Assembly (NCBI GenBank): GCA_009914755.4
Contig: CP068257.2
Location: 25,760,001 to 25,824,000 of the forward strand
Direction: 5' to 3'
Source: the human T2T-CHM13v2.0 reference genome, Homo sapiens
Length of the DNA: 64,000 bases
Part shown: positions 26,541 to 43,739 of the stretch, piece by piece
Layout: every line of letters begins with the position of its first letter
How positions within the stretch are numbered: the stretch's first letter is position 1
Notes under the pieces: generated by a model
Database searches by the model: none
Seen by the model: only the letters and a program-made list of their open reading frames with translations
What the model was told of the DNA's origin: nothing
Translations under genes and position numbers: made by a program

Positions 26541-27059
26541 GTTTCTTTTAACTATTGATTAAAAAGTTAGAATTAAATGCGAAAAGTAAACGTATATATG
26601 ATGTATACATGTATGTATGATGTTTGTATATATGTATACATATATATAATAATGTGAGTGCCATTTTAAAAGATTGTCTCTAAATATTGGGTCGTGTTAC
26701 AAAGTAAACCTCAAGGAATTAGAAGTAAACATTTAAGACAGGCCGCACAATTAAATTTTGTATCTTTATTTTAGTGACTAAATATCTTGCTTCACAGCTT
26801 TCCAGCCTTAGTAAATGGGTGGTTGATTCAAGCTAAATTCAACATATTTAAATTTAAATTTCTTATCACAGAGCCATCTTTGTTTATCCTATTTTCTCCC
26901 ACTCACTATTTTGTGCTTTGTAATTACTTACTACAGGAAACTGCACCTAATATGTATGGTACTTTATACAACTGAGTACTTTCTACCAAATCCCGTGAAT
27001 GAAGCCAGGTTCTATTTATCTTCAATTACATAACTTAGGAAATATGAGGGATATTTTAT

Positions 27060-27165
27060 ATCTTCTACCAATTTATATTATTCCATCCATTCCTTCATTC
27101 AGCAAATACCCATTGAGTGCCTATGATTTGTCAGTGTTATGTTTCTGTGTCTTAATTTTCTTCAA
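27060..27165 (-). mobile_element. MIR/L2 3-prime-tail-like fragment
   Basis: cattccttcattcagcaaatacccattgagtgcctatgatttgtcag resembles the reverse complement of the MIR/L2 tail (...cattcattcaacaaatatttattgagcacctactatgtgccagg). Confidence 0.35.
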
Positions 27166-27184
27166 AATATTTTGGTTCATGCAG

Positions 27185-27345
27185 AGTCGGAGCCTCACCA
27201 GACACCAAACCTGCCAGCATCTTGATCTTGGACTTCTCAGCCTCTAGAACTGTGAATAATAAATTTCTACTATTTATAAATCACTCTGTTTTTGGTGATT
27301 TATTATAGCTACATATGGTTAATACAGATGGACTAAGATATTCAT
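27185..27345 (+). mobile_element. MLT1-type (MaLR) LTR, 3-prime half
   Basis: gagcctcaccagacaccaaacctgccagcatcttgatcttggacttctcagcctctagaactgtgaataataaatttctactatttataaatcactctgtttttggtgatttattatagc... matches the typical MLT1 3-prime end. Confidence 0.55.
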
Positions 27346-28039
27346 GTTTACCCTGCTTCAGATAGAGAATTTTGGTGAATAGATTGTAAACTGAAGGAAG
27401 ACTTTAGAGTCAAAAACGGAACCAGCGTGGGTCAATACTGTGAGTTGAGTTGATTTGGGCTTGAATACAAACCACCCTTCCAAAGGTGAGGTCAGGTGCA
27501 CTCTCAGAGCCCCTCAGTTGAATATCATCCTGTGGCCCAACTCCAGAAGGAGACCTTTAATCCTCCCCAAGAAATCTGGGACAAGGGAAAAAAACAAAAA
27601 GGAAAAATCCATATTTTCAAACTTTTTACAAGTGACCTCTGATTTCCCCTTACTTTTCACATTCATTCATTTTTCTAGGTAGATCTAACAAATTACTTGT
27701 CAAAAATAAATCAGCAGTCAATAGTGCTAATTTAATGGCTGCATATTTACAGTCAACGTATGAGTTGAGATTTCCCTTATCATTCAGTTTATGGTCCTAA
27801 AAGTCTTTTTAAAGATATGCCACATAGTAAAATTGAAGATTGTTCTCTTTAGGGATGCAAATATGTAGAAAAGGTAAACAGAGTTCCCTTTTCAGTGAAA
27901 ACTAGCCAGAAATAAAGCAAGTACTAATAATATACAAGAGCAGATTAACTCAAAGGTAGGTTTGTACCAGTCAGTTAAGTAGAAGTCATATTATCTGACT
28001 TTATCATTCTTCCCTCTAAGGATGTGGCGACAAATATAT

Positions 28040-28120
28040 ATATATATTAGCTTGTTTAACACACATATATATATACACATATGTGTGTGTGTATATATAT
28101 ATTTAGTGTGTGTGATGGGT
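28040..28120. repeat. Compound (TA)n/(TG)n microsatellite
   Basis: Direct reading. Confidence 0.8.
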
Positions 28121-28740
28121 AATCGTATGTGTCAATTTGACTGAATTAATGGATGCCCGTATCACTGGTAAAATATTATTTCTGGGTGTGTTTGTGAGGA
28201 TATTCCCAGAAGAGATTAGCATTTGAATAGGTAGACTGAGTTAAAAAGATCTTCCCTCACTAATGTGGCTGTGGAGGGTGGGGTAGAGGGGGGCAGGGCA
28301 TCATCTAATCCATCCAGGGTCCACCAGAATAGAACAAAAAGGCAGAGAAGATGGATGTCCCAGCTCTCTCCTTGAGAGGATGAGATTATCATTGAAAATC
28401 TCTTCTTGAGCTGGGACATCCATCTTCTCCTGCTCTTGAACAGCTGAGTTCCTCCTTGTTCTCAAGCCTTTGGACACTAGGCCTTATGCTAACAGCATTC
28501 CTAGTATTCGTGACTTCAGTCTTGGACTGGGAATTATGCCATCAGTTCCCCTGGTTCTCAGGCCTTTGAACTCTGACTGAATTACTTCACCAGCTTTCCT
28601 GGTTCTCCAACTTGCAGATGGTAGATCGTGGAACTTCTTGACCTCCATAATCATGTGAGCCAATTCCCATAATAAATCTCCTCTATATATCTATATATAT
28701 CCTATTGGTTCTGTTTCTCTGGAGAATCCTGACTAATAAA
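28121..28740 (-). mobile_element. LTR-like interspersed repeat, copy e (full length, minus orientation)
   Basis: Begins tgtgatgggtaatcgtatgtgtcaatttgactg. Ends ...ctctatatatctatatatatcctattggttctgtttctctggagaatcctgactaataaa, which is the reverse complement of the tgtattagtcagggttctccagagaaacagaaccaatagg start of copies a-d. Confidence 0.65.
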
Positions 28741-30246
28741 GTATGCACACCAGCTTGCTCCATATTTATTCCCTTTGCACAGTTCATGCTGAACAGAGCT
28801 TCTTTAACTCTAATGTGGAAGAATTTCAAAGTGCTTAATGATTTACAAAAAATGCATTGTGCTGACATTACAGTGGCCAAAATTTTTCCCAGTTCTCATA
28901 GACTCAAGGCCAAGAAAATCTCACTGGTGTGATTAGAAATGAAAGGAAATTCTTAGAATCACTAAATAGTTGAAAAAGTATAGACCTGCTGGATTGTCGT
29001 TGCCCCTGTGAGTCACATTTCTATAATTAGGTCAGCATGCAGTTCTAAAAAAAATGGAGACAACTCAAATAAAATAAAATAAAGGCTTGAAGGAAGTTGG
29101 CTTGTGCAGAACACCAACTCACATGATTTTAATGTTCACACTATAAAGTAAATCAATGTTTGCACAAGCTGTAGGAAAAATTGTTAAATAACCACTCTAA
29201 AGAAGGCAATCTAGACATACAATTATGTGTGCCATTATTGAAGGGGTTAACCAGGGACCCAATCTGGGGGCCTTGAAGAGAAGTGAAAAATAGAATTCTC
29301 CAAGAATCAAACACACAGAATGGAAACATACAGTTCCCATTTGTATTAATTATGACTTTTTTGGTTGCAAGCAACAGATTCTTCTTATAGCTTGTTTAAC
29401 TACCGTAGGGGATATGGTATAATAACACAAGGTTGCCACACATGGATAGGGATGAATCTGGGCTCCTGAAGAGATTTGAATCAGTGGCTAAGGTTAAAAG
29501 TTAAAATGTAAAATAGACATATATGAGTGCATCTATGAAGTAGTGAGATTAGACAGATGAATTTATGAGTTTTCGATTTGTTAGATTGAAAACATAAATT
29601 TGGGTATCTGTAAAGCCATAAAACTGTACAGGATTAACTCAGGAGAGTATTTAGATGGAGAATAAAAATGATTAAGTTCTGTGTGCTGAGGTCCTCCATC
29701 ATTTTGGGCTCAGAAAAAGGAGGATAATCTCACAAAGGAGATGAAGAGAGAGAAGTAGGTGAGATAGGAGAAAGGCTGAGAGGCTGAGATTTCCTGAAAA
29801 TCTAATGCAAAAAGTTTTCAAGAAGAAGGAAGTGATAAACGCTAACAACTACTGTATTGAAGTGGAGTGAATTGGGACTAAGAGTTTTGGGGTTAACAAG
29901 ATAGAAGTTTGTGAAAATTTCGACAATCACATTTTCAGTGGCATAAGGGACGTAAAAGCCTGGCTGGGGGCTTTAAATAAAATGGAAGTGGTGGCAGTCA
30001 AATATTGATTTCTTTTTGAGGATTTTTGCTACAAGAATGGGAGTTAGGTAATAGACAGAGAGAAATGTGGAACCAAGGGAATGTTTGTTTTTGGTTTTGG
30101 TTGTTGTTGCTCTTGCTTTGTGTATTATTTCTATTTTTAATAGAGGAGAGAGTAATGAGTATCTGTATGCTGTTAGAAGTGATCCAAGATAAAGAAAAAC
30201 CTAATTATGGAAGAGATAGAAGAGTCATTGCAAGAGTAAAGTTCTT

Positions 30247-30553
30247 GGCTGGGCGTGGTGGCTCACGCCTGTAATCCCAGCACTTTGGGAGGCTGAGGCG
30301 GGCGGATCACGAGGTCAGGAGATCGAGACCATCCTGGCTAACACGGTGAAACCCCGTCTCTACTAAAAATACAAAAAAAAAAAAAAAAATTAGCTGGGTG
30401 TGGTGGTGGGCGCCTATAGTCCCAGCTACTCAGGAGGCTGAGGCAGGAGAATGGCATGAACCCAGGAGGCAGAGCTTGCAGCGAGCTGAGATAGCGCCAC
30501 TGCCCTCCAGCCTGGGCGAGAGAGCAAGACTCCATCTCAAAAAAAAAAAAAAA
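30247..30553 (+). mobile_element. AluY-like element, plus orientation, A16 tail, perfect 14-15 bp TSD
   Basis: ggctgggcgtggtggctcacgcctgtaatcccagcactttgggaggctgaggcgggcggatcacgaggtcaggagatcgagaccatcctggctaacacggtgaaaccc... then an A run at 30539-30554. TSD aagagtaaagttctt at 30232-30246 and agagtaaagttctt at 30554-30567. Confidence 0.92.
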
Positions 30554-30851
30554 GAGTAAAGTTCTTAAGCTGATGAAAAGGTAAAGAATAAAAGGAAACA
30601 AGTGAGGAGGGAAAATGGGTCTGAGGAACAGGGAAGTACTTCTTTTTATTATTATTATATTTTAAGTTCTAGGGTACATGTACACAACATGCAGGTTTGT
30701 TACACATGTATACATGTGCCATGTTGATGTGCTGCACCCATTAACTCGTCATTTACATTAAGTATTTCTCCTAATGCTATCCCTACCCACTCCCCCCACC
30801 CCACGACAGGTGTGTGATGTTCCCTGCCCTGTGTCCAAGTGTTCCCATTGT

Positions 30852-34740
<3,889 letters not shown>

Positions 34741-34800
34741 GATGTTAGCTGGTTATTTTGCTTATTAGTTGATGCAGTTTCTTCCTAGCATCAATGGTCT

Positions 34801-35832
34801 TTACAATTTGGCATGTTTTTGCAGTGGCTGGTACCAGTTTTTCCTTTCCATGTTTAGTGCTTCCTTCAGGATCTCTTGTAAGGCAGGCCTGGTGGTGACA
34901 AAATCTCTCAGCATTTGCTTGTCTGTAAAGGATTTTATTCCTCCTTCACTTATGAAGCTTATTTTGGCTGAATATGAAATTCTGGGTTGAAAATTCTTTT
35001 CTTTAAGAATGTTGAATATTGGCTCCCACTCTCTTCTGGCTTGTAGAGTTTGTGCTGAAAGATCCACTGTTAGTCTGATGGGCTTCCCTTTGTGAGTAAC
35101 CCGACCTTTCTCTCTGGCTGCCCTTAACATTTTTTCCTTCATTTCAACCTTGGTGAATCTGACAACTATATGTCTTGGGGTTGCTCTTCTTGAGGAGTAT
35201 CTCTGTGGCGTTCTCTATATTTCCTCAATTTGAATGTTAGCCTGCCTTGCTAGGTTAGGGAAGTTCTCCTGGGATAATACCCTGAAGAGTGTTTTCCAAC
35301 TTGGTTCCATTTTCCCCATCACTTTCAGGTACACCAATCAATCATAGGTTTGGTCTTTTCACAAAGTCCCACATTTCTTGGAGGCTTTGTTCGTTTCTTT
35401 TTACTCTTTTTTCTCTAAACTTCTCTTCCTGCTTCATTTCATTCATTTGATCTTCAATCACTGATATCCTTTCTTCCACTTGATCGAATTACATACACTA
35501 CCTGAAGCTTGTGTATGCATCAGGTAGTTCTTGTGCCATGGTTTTCAGCTTCATCAGGTCATTTAAATTATTCTCTGCACTGTTTATTCTAGTTAGACAT
35601 TCGTCTAATCTTTTTTCAAGGTTTTAACTTCCTTGAGATGGGTTTGAACATCCTCCTTTAGCTTGGAGAAGTTTGTTATTACCGATCTTCTGAAACCTAC
35701 TTCTGTCGGTTCGTCAAAGTCATTCTCTGTCCAGCTTTGTTCCATTGCTGGTGAGGAGCTGAGATCCTTTGAAGGAGAAGTGGTCCTCTGGTTTTTAGAA
35801 TTTTCAGCTTTTCTGTTCTGGTTTCTCCCCAT
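34801..35832 (-). pseudogene. L1 ORF1 remnant (N- and C-terminal pieces intact, middle disrupted)
   Basis: 35605..35832(-) and 34801..35142(-) match the L1 ORF1p N- and C-termini. Confidence 0.85.
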
Positions 35833-36109
35833 CTTTGTGGTTTTATCTACCTTTGGTCTTTGATGATGGTGACCTACAGATGGGGTTTTGGTGTGGATGT
35901 CCTTTTTGTTGATGTTGATGCTATTCCTTTCAGAACAGGGAAGTGCTTTTAAAGAAGAAAAAGAAGAGAGACAATGAATATAGGAACAGAAATATAATCA
36001 AAGTTGGCAGAGAAATAGAGGCTGTTCTACGAGAAAACAATGATGCAAAGAAAGAGAAAAGGAGAGATAAGAAATGGAGAGAGAGATGTTTTTAATAAAG
36101 GACACTTCA

Positions 36110-36985
36110 TTTTCCTTTGCAAACCTGCTCTACTCACTCTTTCCTATCTCAGTGAAAAGCTCTATTATTCACTGAGGTATGAAGCCATAAAATTATAGTC
36201 AACCTTTCCTGACTCTACACATCCAATCCATCAGCATGTCCTTTTTGAATTACCTTCAAGATACCTTAAATTTCCACAATTACCACCATTTCTCAGCTAT
36301 CTCTGTAGTCCCAGCAACCAACCTCTTTAACCTGATTACTGCAACAATTCTTCAAAAACCTTACATGGAGTAACTCTTAGCCCTTTACAACTCCATTGTC
36401 TACATAATACGTGAAACAATGTTTTACAAAAGCAATTCAGATTCTATCATTCTAATGTTCAAAACTTGGAGAGGCTTACAGTCATCCTTTGAATAAATCC
36501 CAAACTCCTTAGCATGGTGTCAAGGCCTAGCATTAACTGGCATTTTCCTACCTCTTTGAACTAACTTCTTACCTTGCTCCTCTGATCAGTGCTTTTCTGT
36601 GATGCTCTAACACACAATTTCTGCCTCAGGACCTTTACAATTGCTGTTCTGTCTATCTAAGATGCTCTTCACCTGGCTGTCTGCATTATTACGTCCTTTA
36701 TGTCATCCACGTCTTAATTTAAATGTCATCTCTTATAGAGGCTTATCTGACCCAGCTTTCCACAGGATTCTTCTTTCCCTAGACTGTGCTATCTTAACAC
36801 CCTCATTTATTGCCTTCATAGTCCTCATCACATTTAATCCTTGAGTGTTTAAATCCTCATTTCCTCTATCCTCCATAGCTGCATAAATTCAATGAGGTCT
36901 GAGACTCCTCCTTTACAAAGACTTCCCAATTTAATACAAAGTAGATACTTAGACGTGTTGGTTGAAAGATGGATGGATGAAAGGA
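36110..36985 (+). mobile_element. LINE-2 (L2) 3-prime fragment, plus orientation, diverged
   Basis: acatccaatccatcagcatgtcct..., then ...ctgcctcaggacctttacaattgctgttc..., then ...ttaaatgtcatctcttatagaggcttatctgaccc..., ending ...ttggttgaaagatggatggatgaaagg (cf. L2 ...ccatccaatccatcagcaagtcctgtcg..., ctgcctcagggcctttgcacttgctgttccc, caaatgtcaccttctcagtgaggccttccctgaccacc, tail gttgaatgaatgaatgaa). Confidence 0.65.
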
Positions 36986-39256
36986 GAAAGGAAGAAAGAA
37001 GAAAAAAAATGAACATTTTCAAGGGTGGATTTGAATTTTGAAAGCCAAAACTCATTTGGAATTTCTAATGTAAATGTACTTCATAATCATGCTGAATAGC
37101 TGAAAAATCAAGGTGAAATATGACACTGACTTTCTTGAGACTAATATCATATTTGAAGAAATTTTAAAAATTATTATAAATTGAAATATATTTTAGAAAT
37201 AACTTTATATACATAAGTGTTTTTAGAAAACGACATATATAGGTGTAAAAGGTAATAAAATTAAAATACTTTGACTCATGTTACTCTTGTTCTTAAATTC
37301 CTTCAATGACAGTACAACCAGCAAATGCTTGAAACTCTCTAATATAAAGTTGTTTATTGTGCATTTTTAGCTTATCTCTCCTGCTTTATCTCTAGTTACA
37401 CATTCCTTGTATTTTGTGATCTGACCATGGATAATTAGCCCCCTTCTGACTGCTATTCCCTTCTCATCAATCCATGGATGGTTTATCTAGCCCATTTTTA
37501 TCTCAAAACTCAATTCATATATCACTTCTGCCTGTAACTTTTACCAACTGGACACCCTTCCAGTCTAGATATGAGACTTTGCACTTGGCTCCCAAGGCAT
37601 GGTGCATAGAACACCCTCAGCCTGTAGCCTTCTCCTCTCCTCTTTCTCAGTTCGTCTTTCTTCAGGATACAGATGCTGATATGGTTGTTCAGACTTCAGG
37701 ACATGTGGGTGGAGTCTATTCAGACAAGTTTGTACTCCCCTCCCAAGAAAAAGCTACCTCTTTTTTTCCTACATTTTCAAGCTTCATACTGCATTTTTTT
37801 CAGAATTGCCAATAGTAGCCTTATGGTTGTGAATGTGGAGAAAAGAAGCATTGCTACATTTGGGGGCTTATGTCATGTACTGCGATGTGATTTCTAGAAT
37901 ACTTTTACATGGGGTATTCTTTAAAGACTCAGTTAACACGCTCATTTGCTATTTTTTCTGTGCATGTGCTTCAAGTATCCAGAGAAGAAAAGGGAAAGCA
38001 TAATTGTCAGAGATGTTTAGATGTTTAGAGTTAGAACTGATTTACTACATTGTATCAATATTCCCTTGAGGGTCACCATTTTCCTTACATTATTGGTCAA
38101 TGTAATTCCAAGGTCTACAACTGAACTAAGTTCTACTGGGAACTCAATATAGTTTGGTTGAATGAAAGACTGGTTCAATGAATACATGAAAATGTTCTAT
38201 GTATTCTATATGAAGATGTTTTAAAATTGTGCTGTTTTTTGTTGTTTATTTACTTGTTTGGTTAATTTGTTTAATGACTTCATTACCTTCTCTTTAGCCG
38301 GAATCTGTCCAAGAGAATTTCCTTTTAGGCTTTAAAGCTGAATGTATTGGAAGCATTTGAAACTACTTATAAGTCTAATAATGACCAACAGAATTGCCTG
38401 TTATTTATTTTCTTCAAAAATTTTAAATGTGATATTTAAACATATTAAAAGTAGTTAAACTGTTTCCTAGTTACATGTTTTTTGCTTAGTTAGGAAGGTT
38501 TTATGCTTTTGTTAACCTTCAAAAGCAAAGGAACAACTGTGTTGTCTGGTTTAGGTGAGATAAATTCCAGCTTTCTGCTCCTTAATTTTGTCATTTGTAC
38601 AATAAACAAATGATATAACCTATTTCATACAGTGATTTCGAGGATTAAATAATATTATTAAATCACATAATATTTAGTGTTATTTGCTAACGTTCTTACC
38701 ATAGTTCCCTAAATATACTAAAACTTAAAGTTTGTCATTGCCCAATCATAAACTGGCCAATTAGCAGCTTGATGATAAAACAGAAGTAGATGTTTTTAAT
38801 TAAAATTAGACTATAAATATAGACTTTAAAATTTTTATTATGAGTTAAAATAAATTCAATAAATGAATTGGGAATGAAATACATATAGGCAAAGATTTAA
38901 TTCTAACTGAAATCTGAACATTTGCCCTATTGATATGCACAGGAGACAGGGAAATACTGTGTAGAAGAGAGCTGTTCCCTGGAAAAGGCCCTACCCTCCA
39001 GCCTGAAGACCCAAGTCCCTAAATGAGGACAGGCATTTCTGTTTTCATGCCCCAAAAGTTGCCTTTTGGCCTGCCATACCCCCTACCCTGCACCCATATA
39101 ATCCCTGAAACCCAGGCAAGCCAGCAGATCAGCAGATGGACGGACAGCAGAATGATGTGGCAGAGAAAGAGAGAAGAGGAGGAACATTTGAATGCCAAGA
39201 GGAGTTCGACTGGGGGTGGTTGGAGAGGAATCCAGCTGCTGGGTGACCCTCTTCCA

Positions 39257-39398
39257 GGGGAAGACCACCTTTTCACTCCATCCCCCACCTTCCATCTCCC
39301 CATCTATCCCATCAAAAGCCACCTCCAGGTGAAGACCACCTTCTCACTTGATCCCCACCTTCCAGCTCCCCCTCCATCCTACTGAAAGCCACCTCCAT
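39257..39398. repeat. About 71-bp tandem duplication (2 copies, about 80% identity)
   Basis: gggaagaccaccttttcactccatcccccaccttccatctccccatctatcccatcaaaagccacctccag followed by gtgaagaccaccttctcacttgatccccaccttccagctccccctccatcctactgaaagccacctccat. Confidence 0.75.
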
Positions 39399-41336
39399 CA
39401 CTCAAAATCTCACATTTATCCTTCAAGCCCGAGTGTGACCTGATTTTTTCTGGGATAATGCACAAAAGCTCAGGATACAGAAAGCTTTCACAGTGGCCCT
39501 CTGCCCTTTTGTAAGGGCAGAGGGTCCATTGAGTTGATTAATACTCAAGCTGTCTGTGGGTGGCAAAGCTGAAAGAGCTTTGGGGTTGTAGGCACCCACT
39601 CGTAGACATTACCTTGGGGCTAGACCCCAAAGCACTCACCCCCAGCCTCTGCCTGTCTCCATGATCCCCCTCCCACCAAGGATTTAAGCAGTAGGTGACT
39701 AAACATGCCAGCCACACCCCTGTCCTTAAAGGGGGAATGCTCCCATTTCACTATCTTCTGAAATGCAAATGTAACACGCAGCTCCTTCAGCTCCCAATCT
39801 TTCTCCTATATCTTTTATTCTACACAACCCTAAGAAAGACATTTTAATGTTTAAGGGAGGAACTCAACAAAGGAATCTATAATTTATTTAAAATAAATGC
39901 ATTTTTACACGTAAGACTTAAAAACCCCATGTCTGTGTCATATATACCACTTTAAAGTGACATATTGTACTTGAGTTTATTTATAGAGAACATTTGTATG
40001 AAATGAGAGTAATGATAATTATTGCCTATCTTAGACTGCTTCTTCTGATAGCAATAGCCTCTTATGAGTGGAAGTCAACAGATGAATTTACAAAGCCCAC
40101 AAAATCTTACAAAACCATCTTTCCTTTACCTAATCTAAATCTGACAGAGGTTTTAGTCTAAATGTCATTTTTATAGAGCATAGCTATGTATTACCCTACC
40201 TTCAACCCTTTCATTTTATTTTTAACTTTATTTTTATTGTTTTCTAACTTTATTGAGATGTAATTCATAATTTTTTAATATACTCACAGTATATAATGTG
40301 ATGATTTGATATATGAAAAATTGTAAAATGATTGCTACAATCAAGTTAATCACCACTTCCATCACTTCACTTAGTTACTATTTGTGTGTTTATGTATGTG
40401 TTTGTATGCGTGTGTGGTAAGGACACTTAAGATCTATTCTCTTAGCAAATTTTTATAAAGTGACTTTTTGCAGGTGTACCTCTCCTCTCATTCCATTCTG
40501 CTATGTAACCCTTCCACATCCCATGTTGTGTTTAGTTGGTTGGAGAAGCTTCCTTAAGTATATCCTAGACTTGTCAAATTTTATGGTCATTTTTCTTCAA
40601 ATTTTATATTTGGATTTTGATTGCCAACTGGTCTCCATAAGCATGATTAACATTTAGAAGGGTTTTTGGATTCTTAATCAACTAGGATTCTAAAGTTGAC
40701 CAGCTTTTATTACAGCCTATAAAGCAATCGTGATCCAAGCTTAGAATCTTAGGTGTAAAATAAATATAAAATATGTAACTATTGGGCTTTTCTTTATCTA
40801 ATCATATTACACAACAAAATAGCAGCTTCTAATACTTAATGTAAAACATTTCAGAACTTCCACTCTGCTAATCTCAAGAAATATATTTATTTCTCTCATC
40901 CTCAAAAAGTCTGAGGACTCTAGGGATGCTTATTTATTTCAAATAATTAGTACTAGTGACTATTGTATTATAGACAAGAGATTGGAATGTCTGAAAAGCC
41001 CATTCAAGAACCTTATTCTTATTTGACTTCTGTGACTTACATAGAGTTCCTGCTGAAACCCCCAAATATAGCAGTTCTGTGTTATACTTGTTTTGTCTCC
41101 ACTGTTTGTTGTGGACCTATATATTCATCCCGGATGCATTCTTTTCTGCTTGTTTGTTTAGTCTTAGGATAATGATCTTGATACATAGCCCAAGATAGCT
41201 TAAAAGCAAGTCTTGATTTCAAGCAACAGCATGGACAAAGGTTGGGGTGGGGGTAGAGAACCTTTAAATAATACGGTATTAAAGTTGCACACGTCAATTC
41301 TTCTGACATCCAAATGCCCATAACTTAGTTGCAAGG

Positions 41337-41856
41337 TGTATTAGGGTTCTTAAGAGAGACAGGACTAATAGATCAGATGTATAAATGAAGGGGAATTTAT
41401 TAAGGAGTACTGACTCACAGGATCACCACGTGAAGTCCTACAATAGACAGTCTGCAAGATGAGGAGCAAGCCAGTCTGAGTCCCAAAACTTCAAAAGTAG
41501 GAAAACCGACAGTGCAGTCTTCGTTCTGTGGCAGAAGGCCTGAGTGCTCCTGGAAAATCTCTGGTGTAGGACCAAGCATCCAAAGGCTTTAGAACTTGGA
41601 GTCCAATGTTCAAAGGCAGGAAGCATCCAGCTGTGAGATGGCCAGAAGACTCACCCAGTCTGCTCTTTCCATTCCTGCTTTTATGCTGAAGGCCGATTAG
41701 ATGGTGCCCACCCAGATTGAGGGTGGGTCTGCCTCTCCCTTGTCCACTGACTCAAATGTTAATCTCCTTTGCCAACACCCTCACAGACACACCCAGGAAC
41801 AACGTTTTGCATCCTTCAATCCAATCAAGTTGACACTCAATATTTACCATCACAAG
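41337..41856 (+). mobile_element. LTR-like interspersed repeat, copy b
   Basis: Starts tgtattagggttcttaagagagacaggactaata, ends ...caagttgacactcaatatttaccatcacaag. Confidence 0.6.
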
Positions 41857-42354
41857 TTTGGAACTCAGAAAATTTCAGCCTTTATTTTGTGTGGCCAAGG
41901 GCTATCCTAAGAATAATTTATTAGCATTAAGGTAACCAGGAGAAGGGCTATTGGGGTATAACTATTGCTGCCATTGTCCACTTCTCTGGATACCCCACAA
42001 ATTCATTATATCAGTCTTCCAATTATAAAATATGCACCCCAACCTCCACGAGCAACCACTCATAAGTTCTATGCAACTGCTTAATAAGAGTGCCCAGCAT
42101 TTTACAATGATATTGAGTGGAATCATAGCCAGTACCCAGAAACCTAAAATACAAACTATTTCTAAGCCCTTTCTTCTAATACAAAGCCAATACCCAAAGG
42201 GGGAGTAATCCCAAGATAGCTGAACTTAACCTCTTGTTTAGAAAAGGGTAGAGTCCAGATATAGAAGGCTCACTGAAGCCATAATAACTATCAAATGCAG
42301 CTGGGCAGGAACTGAGACAACTCCACCGGGCAGCAGAGTAAGCCACTGGTCTCA

Positions 42355-42820
42355 TTAAGATTTTGTTCTGTTATGAGCGGAATTGTGACCCCCAAGAAAA
42401 GACATTTTGAAGTTCTACATCCCAGTACATCAGAATGTGACCTTATTTGGAAGTGTAGTGATTGAAGATTTAATAAGTTAAGACAAGGTCACACTAGAGT
42501 AGAGTAGGCCCATAATCCAATACAACTGGTGCCCTCAGAAGAGGAAAGAAACACAGACAAGGAACACAGGGAGAATGCGACGTGGAGATGGAGGATCAGA
42601 GTGATGTATCCACAGTCAAAGGAAAACCAAAGATTGCCAGCCCAGTAAACCATCAGCGGCTAGAAAGGGGCAAGAGAGGATTTTCCTACAGGTTTCAGAG
42701 AGAGCATGGCCCTGCTGACACCTTGATTTTAGACTTCTAGACTCCAGGACTGTGGGACAATACCTTTCCGTAATTTTGAGCCACCCAGTTTTTGATACTT
42801 TGTTACAGCAGTGGGAGTTT
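42355..42820 (+). mobile_element. MLT-type (ERVL/MaLR; MLT1/MLT2-like) solitary LTR
   Basis: ...attgtgacccccaagaaaagacattttgaagttctacatcccagtacatcagaatgtgaccttatttggaagtgtagtgattgaagatttaataagttaagacaaggtcacactagagtagagtaggcccataatccaatacaactggtgccct... through ...cttctagactccaggactgtgggacaatacctttccgtaattttgagccacccagtttttgatactttgttacagcagtg. Confidence 0.65.
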
Positions 42821-42895
42821 CCTTTGTATTCTTCCCTCTCCATGGCCACATCTGAAGTGACCTCTGGAAAGTATGCACTTGGAAGGGAAGCCCAA

Positions 42896-43210
42896 TTTTT
42901 TTTTTTTTTTTTTTTTTTTGGAGACAGAGTCTCAATCTGTTGCCCAGCCTGGAGTGCCGTGGCGCAATCTCGGCTCACTACAAGCTCCGCCTCCCGGGTT
43001 CACACCATTCTCCTGCCTCAACCTCCTGAGTAGCTGGGACTACAGGTGCCCACCACCACACCCAGCTAATTTTTTTTTTTTTTTGTACTTTTAGTAGAGA
43101 CAGGGTTTCACCGTGTTAGCCAGGATGGTCTCGATCTCCTGACCTCGTGATCCGCTCGCCTCGGCCTCCCAAAGTGCTGGGATTACTGGGGTGAGCCACT
43201 GCGCCTGGCC
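42896..43210 (-). mobile_element. Alu (AluY/Sc-like), minus orientation, 16-bp TSD
   Basis: Poly-T 42896-42919, then the reverse complement of the Alu body, through gcgcctggcc. TSD gggaagcccaattttt at 42885-42900 and 43212-43227. Confidence 0.92.
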
Positions 43211-43739
43211 TGGGAAGCCCAATTTTTATAGCATGCTTCCTCATGGATCAAAGGCAGGGCGTCAAGAGCTATCTTGGATGTTGTATTACTACCGATTGTG
43301 GCCACTACAGCAGTGGTTTGAATGACAGGCAGGGAGGATGCAGATTTTGCAGGCTCTTGATCCCTGTTATGACACAGAAAAACTATTTCATAAAATCAAT
43401 AAACAACAATTGGATAATAAAATTTTTAATAAAATGATTGTTGACAAGTGTTTACTGAAACAATAGAATTAAGAGCAATACTAATTAAGTATTGAAAATG
43501 TCAATGCATTTTGGATGTTTTTGGCCATTTTCCACATCGTTCTATGAGAAAGATAAATACGGGCTCAATTAGCCTACAGGCAGACGTAACAAAAACCATG
43601 ATTCTGATAAGGAAGGCATTCCCTGCATGCAACCTGAAATACAAACTGACTGGGAGGCCAGTTATTTGCAGGCTGGCAAATTTAAAATCCAACAATTTCT
43701 GTATTTCAAACTAAAACAAGTAAAATAGAAACAAGAGGT

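Noticed and set aside
29640-30230. About 600-bp stretch that feels repeat-like (purine-rich; gagataggagaaaggctgagaggctgag; ...ggcataagggacgtaaaagcctggctgg)
   Set aside because: I could not align it to any consensus I remember. No termini or TSD identified.
42616-43094. ORFs of 68-120 aa overlapping 42752-43094
   Set aside because: They read through the minus-strand Alu and its poly-T (FFFFF runs, [17 protein letters not shown]lu-derived peptide). Same for ORFs at 10569-10824, 11589-11789, 14851-15036, 19867-20150, 20818-21078, 30338-30601 and 54912-55175. All are Alu.
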